The notes below the pieces were generated by a model. The model saw only the letters and a list, made by a program, of their open reading frames with translations, ran no database searches and was not told the DNA's origin. Made by a program: the position numbers and the translations under genes. Positions 10,801 through 19,779 of a stretch of DNA of 64,000 bases are shown piece after piece (the stretch's first letter is position 1; each line of letters begins with the position of its first letter). The stretch is from Bacteroidota bacterium (lineage in GTDB: Bacteria > Bacteroidota > Bacteroidia > Chitinophagales > BACL12): contig JANMLV010000034.1 in the NCBI GenBank assembly GCA_031372705.1, forward strand, positions 16,948 to 80,947, written 5' to 3'.

Positions 10801-13800
10801 TAAAACATATTTGAGCAGATATGCCGCCTCTATCGGCTTCTGTTACAGGAATTTCAATATCCATCATAGAAGTGTTGGCTCCGCGATTCATGTTTTCGGG
10901 AAGTTCAATCCATTTTCTGGCACTGCTGCCATCGGCCCTTGAAATTTGTAATAAAGCAATTACATTTTTTGCACTACTGCCAATATTTATTACGGCACTT
11001 TCACCCGGTTTACGACTATTATTTTCGGAAGTAGAAAAACTATATTTGGGAGCAATGGCATAATTGCCTTCATTTAAAATATCAAAATACTTAACCACCT
11101 TAATAACTGCACCACTTTTATCTATTGTTTCAATTTCAATTTTGTAAGTGCCTTGTTTTAATGCTGTGGTATTTATTACTAAAGAATCGCTCTTTTCGGT
11201 ACTCCAGGTGGTTTTTAATACGCTTCCCAATACCGGCCAAGTGTACATATTTTTTTCATCAGCATATAAATCGTTCGGAAATAATTTATAATATACTTCT
11301 TTACTTATAGTATGCACATCGGGTTGTTGCCATGTTCTATCGCGGAATAATTTTTTAGGTGCATCAATGGCGTAAATTGTTGCTTTACCCTTAGCGGTTA
11401 AAGGAGTGCCATTTAAATTGGATGTAGTTAATTTTATTATCGTGTTTTTACCGGTAGTTGTTGTTGCAGGGACATCTGCAAATAAATTAATAGATGTAAA
11501 TCCAACAGTTGCAGCGGCTTGAGTACTTCTGGTTTCGCCTGAAACATCTGTTACATCAACATAAACGGTATATGAAAATTGTGGCAGTAATTTTTTATCA
11601 GCAGTTAAGTCAGCAATTGCTTTAAATATTACTTCAAATTTTCCCTCGCCATCGGTAGTTGCTATGCCGTTTGTTATTTCCATATCAGGAGCATAAGGCA
11701 TTGGTTTTCTCCACCAATTATAATCACTGTAGTAATATGGATAAAATGTATTGCGTACTACGCGATAGGCAACTTGCGCATTATCAATATTTGCTCCGGC
11801 GTACGATAATGCTTTACCTGTAACTGTAATGCTATCACCCAAAACAAAATTACCTATAACTGGGTCGGTGCTAACTGAAAAGGTTGGACGTTTATATTCT
11901 TCAACAGAGATATATGTTGAACCACTTTCGCTTTGGATGCGCATTTGACCGGTTAACACACCGGCCGGCGCTGCAAATGTGCCGTTAAATGAACCATATT
12001 CGTTTGTGGTAACATCAAGCGACGCAATTTTTTGACTATTAACATCATAAAAAGTAACAGTAGATTTTTTATTTGCCATTACATTTTGTGATTTGCCATT
12101 GCCGGCGCTTTCAACCATTATTCCTTTAAAATAAATAGTTTGTCCGGGGCGATAAATTGACCTATCAGTAAAGAAGTAAGTAGTTACCGCTGCGCGATCG
12201 GCATATTTTTCTTGTTTTGAGATATAATAATTATCAAAGGCTCTTAAAAAATCGTCGCCCTTTGTAATATTAAATGTGAAGTAATAATAATCTTTAATTA
12301 ATGGGTCGCTAACAGAAAACAAACCGTTGTCATCTGTTTTGTATGATTTTAATGCATTGTATTTATAAACGCGTTTATCGTAATCATATTCTTTTCTAAA
12401 TGTTTGTATACTTGCGCCTTTAACCGGTTTGCCCGAGGTGCGGTCGAGTACATAAAAATCTTTGTTCATATTATTATAGTAATCGGAACCGGTGGCGATG
12501 TACGATAAATTAGAAACACAAAGCTCTTGTGCAATTAATTTATTTCCGTTCATGGTAAAGGCGCTATTTTCGCTTGCAACGATATAATAACTGCCAATAG
12601 GAAGTCCATCAATTTTTATTTCTGTAAAATGAGTTTGATAATCGCCATCAACCGGCAATTGCTGGTTCCATGATTTTACTATGGGATATTTTTGAAGCGC
12701 AGTAAATTTTTCATCATAACCCAATACTTCAATTTGGTCCATTTGTTCTGGTGTAACTTTTACAATTCGCAGAAATAGGGTATCGATGTTGCGAAAACTT
12801 ACACCGGCTCTGAAAGGTTTTTCAGGTATAGTAACGGCTTCGGCTGTTAATGATATTTCTTTTTGTATAATAGATTGTTTAAGCGCGGCACAATTTTTCG
12901 CACCTAAACTTTTCGGAAATTTATTAATGGCAGCGTCACAAATTGCTACTGCTGTTTTGTATTCCCATTTGTAATCATCGCTAGCAAGTGGAGCATAATT
13001 TGAGCCAAGTACATAATGTTGTTGGGCTATTAAATAACTAACTTGAGTTGAACTGCTATCGTTGGCATATAATTTTTCTTCAGCAATTAGTGCATCTAGG
13101 TATAAACTATCTTTATTAGCCAAAACTGTATTGTTTTTTGCAAATGCAAGTCGTTTAATATCAACATCAATTAAAGCAGCCGGATAAGGGTCATATAAAT
13201 GTGCACGTGTAAGGTCTTGCAATATTCTAAGAGCCAGTAACTTTTTTGCATCAACATCAGGGCTGCTAAATTCAAAACCGGCGAAGGCTTTGTTGCTGCC
13301 GAAAACAACGGGATTGTCGATTGTAAATGCATATGCAGGTTCGGTAATATAAGCTTCATCGTTCATTAAAAAATCTAATGTGCGATGTGCAAGAAAGTCG
13401 AAAACGGTTGGGCGCATTAATTGACCATATGCATCGCCTTTCGTTAATATGGTGCTGTATTTATTAATTTTTACATTTTTAAGTTCTTCGCGATTGGCAA
13501 TTGATGCAACATATAGTTCATATGTTTTACGATGCAACATGCTTACGTCCCAGGTGCTGATATCATTATTTTCAAACTCGGCTGTTGGTGTGCGGTTTGC
13601 AAATTTCCAGCGATTATTTTGATAATATTCCCAGTAAATTTCTGCAAGCATATTTTGAAAAATGCTTTTTGTAACGCCGGAAGCGCTCTCCACTTCGAGA
13701 CCAAACATGTTTATGGCTTTTATTTGCGCATCTTCCTGAACCATGTTAATGTATTTGGCCTTATAGATAACGGACTTTATAAGCTGTTCGTCGTTCTTGT

Positions 13801-14011
13801 CATTTTTTGAATAATTGTAAATGACTTCAACAGCATTTAAAGCTGATTCCGGTAATCCTTGTTGCTCGAGTGAGTCAACTATTTTCCATTCGGCCTCATA
13901 GCCGTTCCACGATTCTTTTTGAGTGTTAATCATAGTTTGTATTGAAATTGCTGCAATTACGGCTCCTGCAATTATCATTATTGCAACGAGCATGATACTT
14001 TTCTGCTTCAT
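7862..14011 (-). CDS. alpha-2-macroglobulin family protein (bacterial A2M, thioester-containing)
   Basis: 2049 aa. N-terminal hydrophobic anchor, long run of MG-type beta-sandwich sequence, MEYPYECAEQV thioester CxEQ motif and a C-terminal receptor-binding-like domain. Confidence 0.85.
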   Translation of the reverse strand: MKQKSIMLVAIMIIAGAVIAAISIQTMINTQKESWNGYEAEWKIVDSLEQQGLPESALNAVEVIYNYSKNDKNDEQLIKSVIYKAKYINMVQEDAQIKAINMFGLEVESASGVTKSIFQNMLAEIYWEYYQNNRWKFANRTPTAEFENNDISTWDVSMLHRKTYELYVASIANREELKNVKINKYSTILTKGDAYGQLMRPTVFDFLAHRTLDFLMNDEAYITEPAYAFTIDNPVVFGSNKAFAGFEFSSPDVDAKKLLALRILQDLTRAHLYDPYPAALIDVDIKRLAFAKNNTVLANKDSLYLDALIAEEKLYANDSSSTQVSYLIAQQHYVLGSNYAPLASDDYKWEYKTAVAICDAAINKFPKSLGAKNCAALKQSIIQKEISLTAEAVTIPEKPFRAGVSFRNIDTLFLRIVKVTPEQMDQIEVLGYDEKFTALQKYPIVKSWNQQLPVDGDYQTHFTEIKIDGLPIGSYYIVASENSAFTMNGNKLIAQELCVSNLSYIATGSDYYNNMNKDFYVLDRTSGKPVKGASIQTFRKEYDYDKRVYKYNALKSYKTDDNGLFSVSDPLIKDYYYFTFNITKGDDFLRAFDNYYISKQEKYADRAAVTTYFFTDRSIYRPGQTIYFKGIMVESAGNGKSQNVMANKKSTVTFYDVNSQKIASLDVTTNEYGSFNGTFAAPAGVLTGQMRIQSESGSTYISVEEYKRPTFSVSTDPVIGNFVLGDSITVTGKALSYAGANIDNAQVAYRVVRNTFYPYYYSDYNWWRKPMPYAPDMEITNGIATTDGEGKFEVIFKAIADLTADKKLLPQFSYTVYVDVTDVSGETRSTQAAATVGFTSINLFADVPATTTTGKNTIIKLTTSNLNGTPLTAKGKATIYAIDAPKKLFRDRTWQQPDVHTISKEVYYKLFPNDLYADEKNMYTWPVLGSVLKTTWSTEKSDSLVINTTALKQGTYKIEIETIDKSGAVIKVVKYFDILNEGNYAIAPKYSFSTSENNSRKPGESAVINIGSSAKNVIALLQISRADGSSARKWIELPENMNRGANTSMMDIEIPVTEADRGGISAQICFIKDGRFYNQQYFIDVPWNNKQLNISLETHRDKLQPGATETWNIKITGDNGEKVAAELLANMYDASLDAFKSHYWPGINWPNYYNYKYWTGATFQNGNNFIYTDNSWWYHGNYSGFTYNELNWFGLYWGGYYLYDSNREFSSGIQSEFMMVKGIAANKSSDTLFDKKSKEESNGFMGNELKASAPAAEPILNIALPNPSLTQVTTRTNLNETAFFYPHLETDSNGAIAFTFTMPEALTTWNFMAYAHTKEMQTAQLFDKVITQKELMIQPNAPRFLREGDEIVFTAKVSNLTENTLNGKASLELFDALTMQPVDVAFANKNATVNFTANAKGSAPVSWKIKIPEGYDAIIYKVKAASGTFTDGEENALPILSNRILVTEALPLWVRGNKSKDFSFDRLLTSGRSESIRNQSLTLEYTSNPAWYAVQALPYMMEYPYECAEQVFSRYYANSIAYHIANSDPEIKRVFESWKSNATSLTSNLEKNQELKQLLLEETPWVLQAQNETERKKRVALLFDMNRMDNELKAAFNKLEKMQLPNGGWPWFKGYEDDRYITQYIVTGLAHLQQLGVTNAATDAQLNRMLDRALTYCNNRMLEDYENLEKYKIDKATYIPGNITIQYLYASSYFLNTRVGLSGAQEEARKYYLGQVKKFWTSYSLYEKGMIALIMQRNNESKTALAITKSLKEFSLRSDEMGMYWKANTAGYYWHQAPIETQALMIEVFGEVAKDEVAVEDLKVWLLRQKQTTDWKTTRATAEACYALLLRGTDLLSNKEIATITVGNLLVKPESVEAGTGYFKTNWLGNAIQPDFGKINVKPSSTNSLSYGAMYWQYFEDIDKVTASNNNLQINKQLFLQQNTATGPVIKPIDKNTSLQVGDLVKVRIEIRVDRDMEYVHIKDMRAAGFEPVNVLSGYKYQDGLGYYEATGDAATNFFISYLRKGTYVFEYPLRISHSGNFSNGITTIQCMYAPEFTSHSEGVRVVVK
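9482..9493 (-). other. thioester motif CAEQ of the A2M protein
   Basis: Minus-strand codons TGT GCA GAA CAA, in frame with the ORF (residue 1507 is Cys). Confidence 0.8.
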
Positions 14012-14106
14012 ATTCAGGGTTGTTTTGTTCTAAGTTAATGTTAATTCTAATATTAAATTACTATTGAGATTCAGTATTCGCTCAAATTGCATAAAAACAC
14101 AGCATT

Positions 14107-14679
14107 TTACTTCGCAATACTTCGTTTTAAATACAGCATCAAAACCACATCTATCCAGAAGTGTGCTGCCATAGCAGCATAAATGCCTATTTTTTGCAAT
14201 AAATAGCCGAAACCGGCGCTAACTATTAGCAAAACCGTGCCATAAATAAATAACGGTCGGTTTTTGGGATTAAGGTATCCGTGTAAAGCAATGAAAATGA
14301 TTGCGGTAGGCCAAATGCCAATCCAGGGTTGAATTGCGCCTCTAAAGAATAGCTCTTCTCCAATGCCGGCGCAAAATGATAAGTAGAAGATATCAAACGT
14401 TGAAACATCAAATTTTTGCAGCAAATCTCCAAAAAAACTGCGTGTGGCGTCAAGCATTTTTCTTTGAAGCAAAACAGTTAGTGGAAACAGGGTTACTAAT
14501 GCATATCCGGAACCAATAAGGAATTGTTTTCCAAAAGCAGCAAATGAAACAATAAGATATTTTGATATAAGCTGATGGTGAAAAAAATAAATTAGCACAA
14601 GCCCAATGCCTCCAATACCAATAAGTGTAACTAATCCTGCAATTAGGACATGTTTTTTCGAGGCCTTTAGCGAGTCCAT
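14107..14679 (-). CDS. CPBP family intramembrane glutamic endopeptidase (CAAX protease/Abi-like)
   Basis: Multi-TM protein with GIGEELFFRG (EExxxR motif), FIALHG and a downstream H-containing motif (AAHFWID). Confidence 0.8.
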   Translation of the reverse strand: MDSLKASKKHVLIAGLVTLIGIGGIGLVLIYFFHHQLISKYLIVSFAAFGKQFLIGSGYALVTLFPLTVLLQRKMLDATRSFFGDLLQKFDVSTFDIFYLSFCAGIGEELFFRGAIQPWIGIWPTAIIFIALHGYLNPKNRPLFIYGTVLLIVSAGFGYLLQKIGIYAAMAAHFWIDVVLMLYLKRSIAK

Positions 14680-15668
14680 TTTATGGTGGAGTTACTCACT
14701 TGTTTTGAAGTAGTTATATGTCCTTCATAAGAATCGGTGAGGCTCATACCCTGTGTAATTTTCATAAGAATTGGCCAACCTGTTTTTTCCTCCACTTCAC
14801 CGGTGCCTTTTATATATGCTGTAAAATTAATATTTGCCATTTGCGATAATAATTCTGCGGGAATTTGACTTTTGTCGATTTCAATAACAGTATTAAAATT
14901 GATATAGGCAACCCCATCTCTTCTGTCGGCTAGCGTATAGCTGTTTTTTAACTTAATTGGCACGCCTTGCAGCTGCGAAGCTGTTGTATAGTCCCACATT
15001 TCACCAATTTTTACAGCAGTATCCGGATAAGTAATAAAGTAGTTTTCCAAGTTGTCGGTAGGAGTACCTATTTGAGCAGCAATGTATTGATCAGGAATGT
15101 CTTGGCCAATAACAGCTTTAACTTTTTTGATAATAGCATCATAACCTTGAACATCGGTGCCTTCGCCGGAAGTGTTCATAATAATAGTAAGCGGGCTATT
15201 AACTAAACAATCTTCAACCTTTCTGCCCATGTCGGCCTGAGGGTCGGTTAGTGGTTTGCCATATTTGTAAACGATTGTGGAGGTATCGGTTTTAATAGTT
15301 TCACCGGCATCGGTCAAAATAAATTCCATTTTGAAGCTGTTGTTTTCACGACTTAAAATGCGCAAATTTACTTTGGCATATTTGTTCGACTTTAAAGTCA
15401 TTTTAACACTATCTTGTGCTTCATTAATCGTATAATTACTCGTATTTTCAATATTGTATGTTTTACCAATTTCGGGTTGAAAACGGAGCAATATTTCTTC
15501 ATTGGCGACAGGATTGTCTAAGTTTATGGTAACAGCAGTATCGTTTTGCGCAAGCGTATCGCTGTCGTTTAAAGTCTTATCTTTATCATCGGAAACATTT
15601 TTTTTACATCCAAAAAAAACGGTTCCTGAAATTAAAATAACGAGTAGTAAAATTTTATTTTTAAGCAT
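14667..15668 (-). CDS. hypothetical lipoprotein
   Basis: Lipobox-like LVILISGTVFFGCKK. No recognisable domain. Its 3' end overlaps the CPBP start by 13 nt. Confidence 0.5.
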   Translation of the reverse strand: MLKNKILLLVILISGTVFFGCKKNVSDDKDKTLNDSDTLAQNDTAVTINLDNPVANEEILLRFQPEIGKTYNIENTSNYTINEAQDSVKMTLKSNKYAKVNLRILSRENNSFKMEFILTDAGETIKTDTSTIVYKYGKPLTDPQADMGRKVEDCLVNSPLTIIMNTSGEGTDVQGYDAIIKKVKAVIGQDIPDQYIAAQIGTPTDNLENYFITYPDTAVKIGEMWDYTTASQLQGVPIKLKNSYTLADRRDGVAYINFNTVIEIDKSQIPAELLSQMANINFTAYIKGTGEVEEKTGWPILMKITQGMSLTDSYEGHITTSKQVSNSTIKWTR

Positions 15669-15766
15669 TTGTGGTTATTACATTTGTTGTTCAGCGCATG
15701 ACTGATTTGTCAGCCTGTTTTCAACGAAAAACGGTGTACCGACGATGCAAAATTACGTGAATTACC

Positions 15767-18700
15767 ATGCAAATTTCAACCAACCATAAAAAATCGTTCG
15801 AAGCAGCGTATCAAACACTTAATGACCAACAGCGGTCAGCAGTAGATAATATAGAAGGCCCTGTGCTGGTAGTGGCCGGTCCGGGTACCGGGAAAACACA
15901 AATTTTAGCCGTGCGCATCGGGAAAATATTAATGGAAACCGATACCATGCCTGAGAACATCTTGTGTTTAACTTATACAGATGCAGGTACTATAGCCATG
16001 CGCAAGCGATTGCTCGATTTTATTGGTCCTGATGCTTATCGGGTGCATATTTATACATTTCATGCTTTTTGTAATGATGTAATTCAGGCCAATCTCGACT
16101 ATTTTGGAAAGCGCGAGCTGGAGCCGATATCGGAGCTGGAAAATGTGAATTTAATTGAAGCAATTTTACAAGAATTACCGGTTGACCATCCTTTGAAAAA
16201 ACTGCGTGGCGATAACAGTTATGAAGTTGGGCGATTAAATAATTTCTTCAAAATGATGAAGGATGAAGATTGGGATGAAGCAAAAATAAATAATGCTATA
16301 GATGCTTATATCAATGATTTACCTAATAGAGAAGAATATATTTATAAGCGTGCAAATTCAAAAACAGGCGTTAAAGTTGGTGATGTAAAAGTTAAAGATG
16401 TTCAGGCCGAAATAGATAAAATGGAAAAAACGCGTGCTGCGGCAAATTTGTATCCAATTTACGTGGAACGCATGCGCGCAATTGGCCGGTATGATTATAG
16501 CGATATGATTTTGTGGGTAATTAGAGCTTTCCGCGACCCGTCGCCGGCAGGAGAAAATATGCTGCGTAATTATCAAGAACGCTATTTATATTTTTTAGTA
16601 GATGAGTTTCAAGATACCAATGGAGCACAAAATGAGATACTAAATTTACTTATAAGTTTTTGGGATGTGCCTAACGTTTTTGCGGTAGGCGACGACGACC
16701 AAAGTATTTATGAATTTCAAGGGGCAAGGGTAAAAAACATTATGGATTTTTACCAATCGTATCAACACGATATTAATGTTGTGGTGTTAACTGAAAATTA
16801 TCGCTCACACCAAGCTATTTTGGATGCATCCAGAATAATGATTGAGCAAAATCAGGAGCGACTCATCAATAAATTAGATGGATTAAGTAAGGTGTTATCG
16901 GCATCGCATCCCGGGCGACAATTAATTACAGAGCCTTTAATTGTTGAATACCAAAATCCGGCTCAAGAGCATGCAGGCGTGTTGCTCGAAATTGAGCAAT
17001 TGTTAGCAAAGGGAGTGCCGGCAGAAGAAATAGCCGTGCTATATCACAAACATGCACAGGCAGAAGATTTAATTAATGTATTTGAAAAAAGAGGCCTTCC
17101 CTATCAGGTTAAAAGAAAAATTAACATTTTGGAAATACCATTGGTTAACCAAATGATTAATTTGTTGAAATATATTAATGATGAAAGCAGAAAGGCGCAT
17201 AGCGGAGAATATATTTTATTTGAGATAATGCATTATCCGTTTTTCGGAATTCATCCACATGATATTGCAGCAATATCGGCATGGATTAGTTCTAAGCGCG
17301 ACAGAACTATTACCTGGCGTTCTGTACTTTCGGATAACGCGGTTTTAAGCACAATAAAATTGCGCAGCTACGATGCAATAATAAAATTTGAAAAAAGCAT
17401 TACAACATGGTTGCGCGAGTCATTTAATTTAACGCTACAAATGTTATTTGAAAAAGTGCTGAATGAAAGCGGTATGCTGCAACACTTGTTAAAGGGAGAA
17501 AACAGAGTGTTTAACTTAGAAGTAATTACTACTCTGTTTGACCATATTAAATCAGAAGGACTTCGTTTGCCAAGACTCAATATGTATCAATATTTAGATA
17601 CATTAGAACAAATGGAACTACATGGAATTAAAATAGAAATTCAAAAATCAATTTCAAAAAAAGGGGGTGTTAATTTTATTACCACTCACTCAAGTAAAGG
17701 GTTAGAATTTGAACATGTTTTTTTAATTGGTTGTAATAGTGATAAATGGGAAAAGGCAAGAGGTAATAGTCAAAAATTTGCATTGCCCGATACATTAACT
17801 TTTACTGAAGGCAGCAATAAAATTGAAGGGCAGCGACGATTATTTTATGTTGCTATGACGAGGGCGAAACAACATCTTGTAATATCATATGCATCGGCTT
17901 CTAATGAAGGAAAGGTTTCTGAACCTTCGTCGTTTATTGCAGAATTAAAAGATGGAACCGGATTAGTGCAACATATCAAATCAATTCCGGAGGAAGTTCT
18001 CAGTGAATATAAAATTACTGCATTAACGGAATCGCCAAAGGTGCAGATTGCATTATTCGACAAAGATTATATTGCACAACGTGTTGAACATTTTGTTATG
18101 AGTGCTTCGGCGTTGAACAATTACCTTGATTGTCCGATTAAATATTATTTCGAGCGGATTGTTGGCGTTCCTGCTGCAAAAAACGACAGCATGTCGTTTG
18201 GAACCGCGGTGCATTATGCTTTGCGCAGAATGTTTGAACGCATGAAAGAATCAGACAAACAATTGTTCCCCACAATTGATATTGTATTACATGATTTCCA
18301 ATATGATATGCGCAGAAATGAAGACTCGTTTACGGAGAAACAATTTCAAAATAGAATGGATTTAGGTAAACAGGTGCTAACAACATATTATGATAAATAT
18401 ATTAATCACTTTAATAAAGTGGTAGTAACCGAGTATCCGATTCGCAATGTGATAATGGAAAATGTGCCGCTTACAGGTGTATTTGATAAGGTAGAGTTTT
18501 GGGGTAAAGATGTAAATGTTGTTGATTATAAAACGGGGAATTCAGATAGAAGCAAAGAGAAATTATACCCACCAAATGAAAAACATGCTGATGGCGGAGA
18601 TTATTGGCGACAAATAATGTTTTATAAAATTTTACTTGACAACCAAAAACTCAAGCCTTGGAAAATGATTAGTGGAGAAATTGATTTCTTAGAAAAAAAC

Positions 18701-18874
18701 GAGAAAGGCGAATTAGTAAAGTATCGTTTTGAAATAATTCAATCAGAGGTGGATATAGTAAAAGCGCAAATTAAAGATGTTTACCAACGCATTAAAAATT
18801 TAGAATTTACAACAGGCTGTGGCAAAGCGGAGTGTAAATGGTGTAATTTTGTAATAGAGCTTGAACAGCAATAA
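15767..18874 (+). CDS. UvrD/PcrA-type superfamily 1 helicase fused to C-terminal PD-(D/E)XK nuclease domain with Cys cluster
   Basis: Walker A AGPGTGKTQ, DEFQDTN, TENYRS and TTHSSKGLEFEHVF helicase motifs. C-terminal region has LDCPIKYYF ... VDYKTG ... GCGKAECKWCNF (C-Xn-Cx4Cx2C). Confidence 0.85.
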   Translation: MQISTNHKKSFEAAYQTLNDQQRSAVDNIEGPVLVVAGPGTGKTQILAVRIGKILMETDTMPENILCLTYTDAGTIAMRKRLLDFIGPDAYRVHIYTFHAFCNDVIQANLDYFGKRELEPISELENVNLIEAILQELPVDHPLKKLRGDNSYEVGRLNNFFKMMKDEDWDEAKINNAIDAYINDLPNREEYIYKRANSKTGVKVGDVKVKDVQAEIDKMEKTRAAANLYPIYVERMRAIGRYDYSDMILWVIRAFRDPSPAGENMLRNYQERYLYFLVDEFQDTNGAQNEILNLLISFWDVPNVFAVGDDDQSIYEFQGARVKNIMDFYQSYQHDINVVVLTENYRSHQAILDASRIMIEQNQERLINKLDGLSKVLSASHPGRQLITEPLIVEYQNPAQEHAGVLLEIEQLLAKGVPAEEIAVLYHKHAQAEDLINVFEKRGLPYQVKRKINILEIPLVNQMINLLKYINDESRKAHSGEYILFEIMHYPFFGIHPHDIAAISAWISSKRDRTITWRSVLSDNAVLSTIKLRSYDAIIKFEKSITTWLRESFNLTLQMLFEKVLNESGMLQHLLKGENRVFNLEVITTLFDHIKSEGLRLPRLNMYQYLDTLEQMELHGIKIEIQKSISKKGGVNFITTHSSKGLEFEHVFLIGCNSDKWEKARGNSQKFALPDTLTFTEGSNKIEGQRRLFYVAMTRAKQHLVISYASASNEGKVSEPSSFIAELKDGTGLVQHIKSIPEEVLSEYKITALTESPKVQIALFDKDYIAQRVEHFVMSASALNNYLDCPIKYYFERIVGVPAAKNDSMSFGTAVHYALRRMFERMKESDKQLFPTIDIVLHDFQYDMRRNEDSFTEKQFQNRMDLGKQVLTTYYDKYINHFNKVVVTEYPIRNVIMENVPLTGVFDKVEFWGKDVNVVDYKTGNSDRSKEKLYPPNEKHADGGDYWRQIMFYKILLDNQKLKPWKMISGEIDFLEKNEKGELVKYRFEIIQSEVDIVKAQIKDVYQRIKNLEFTTGCGKAECKWCNFVIELEQQ

Positions 18875-18896
18875 GAAATAAAGAATTTTATAAATA

Positions 18897-19511
18897 ATGA
18901 TGAAACAAAATTATACCGTGCATCCATGGCATGGAATTAGTCCGGGAGTAAATGCGCCTGAATCCGTTACTGCTTTTATTGAAATAGTACCAACCGATAC
19001 GGTTAAATATGAAATTGATAAATCCAGCGGGTTTTTAAAAGTGGATAGGCCGCAAAAATATTCCAACGTGTTACCTTGTTTGTATGGATTTATTCCTCAA
19101 ACATATTGTGGTCAAAAAATTGGCGATTATTGTTCTGAAAAAACCGGTAGGAAAGGAATTTATGGCGATGGCGACCCATTAGATATTTGTGTATTTACGG
19201 AAAGAAATATTACCCATGGAAATATTATTGTTCCTGCAATTCCAATTGGTGGTTTTAGAATGATTGATGGTGGACAAGCCGATGATAAAATAATTGCAGT
19301 AATGTATCACGATGAAATATATTCGGGTTGGGACGATATTGATCATCTCCCACTTTCGTTGGTAGAAAGGTTAAAACATTATTTTCTTACCTATAAGGCT
19401 ATGCCCGGAGCGCCTAACAAAGCTGAGATAACACATCTTTATAATAAACAAGAAGCACAGGAAATAATAAAGGCTTCGATGGAGGATTACTTTAATTTAA
19501 TTAAAGAGTAA
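18897..19511 (+). CDS. ppa: inorganic pyrophosphatase, family I
   Basis: EIVPTDTVKYEID, DGDPLDICV and DDKIIAV motifs characteristic of soluble family I PPase. Confidence 0.85.
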   Translation: MMKQNYTVHPWHGISPGVNAPESVTAFIEIVPTDTVKYEIDKSSGFLKVDRPQKYSNVLPCLYGFIPQTYCGQKIGDYCSEKTGRKGIYGDGDPLDICVFTERNITHGNIIVPAIPIGGFRMIDGGQADDKIIAVMYHDEIYSGWDDIDHLPLSLVERLKHYFLTYKAMPGAPNKAEITHLYNKQEAQEIIKASMEDYFNLIKE

Positions 19512-19514
19512 ATA

Positions 19515-19715
19515 ATGTACCAATGTGCTGATGTGCAAATGTACCGATGTGCAAATTAAACAGCCGGAGCAGCCAATGTGCAAATGTACCGATGTGCAAA
19601 TGTGCAGATGAAACAGCCGAGCAGCCAATGTGCCAATGTACCGATGTGCAAATGTGCAGATGGAACAGCCAAAGGCAATGTGCTGATGTGCAAATTGCAG
19701 GGTTGATGCAAATTT
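19515..19715. repeat. intergenic nested tandem repeat (about 52-bp unit x 3.8, built from about 16-bp GATGTGCAAATGTACC-like subunits)
   Basis: The anchor CCAATGTGC occurs at 19520, 19573 and 19625, with a truncated CAATGTGC at 19676. The region is visibly GC-richer than its flanks and lies between the convergent ppa and DinB-family genes. Confidence 0.85.
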
Positions 19716-19779
19716 ACTTTACAACTTTGTTACTTACTTTCTCCGAGTGATAGGAACGTGTAATTAATTGCTTGGATAT

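Noticed and set aside
19547-19750. A 67-aa Cys-rich ORF (MCKLNSRSSQCANVPMCKCADETAEQPMCQCTDVQMCRW...) that could be mistaken for a repetitive Cys-rich peptide or RiPP precursor.
   Set aside because: It lies entirely within the 52-bp tandem repeat. Because 52 is not a multiple of 3, successive repeat units are read in different frames. The Cys richness is a by-product of the TGTGC/ATGTG repeat sequence. There is no neighbouring maturation gene.
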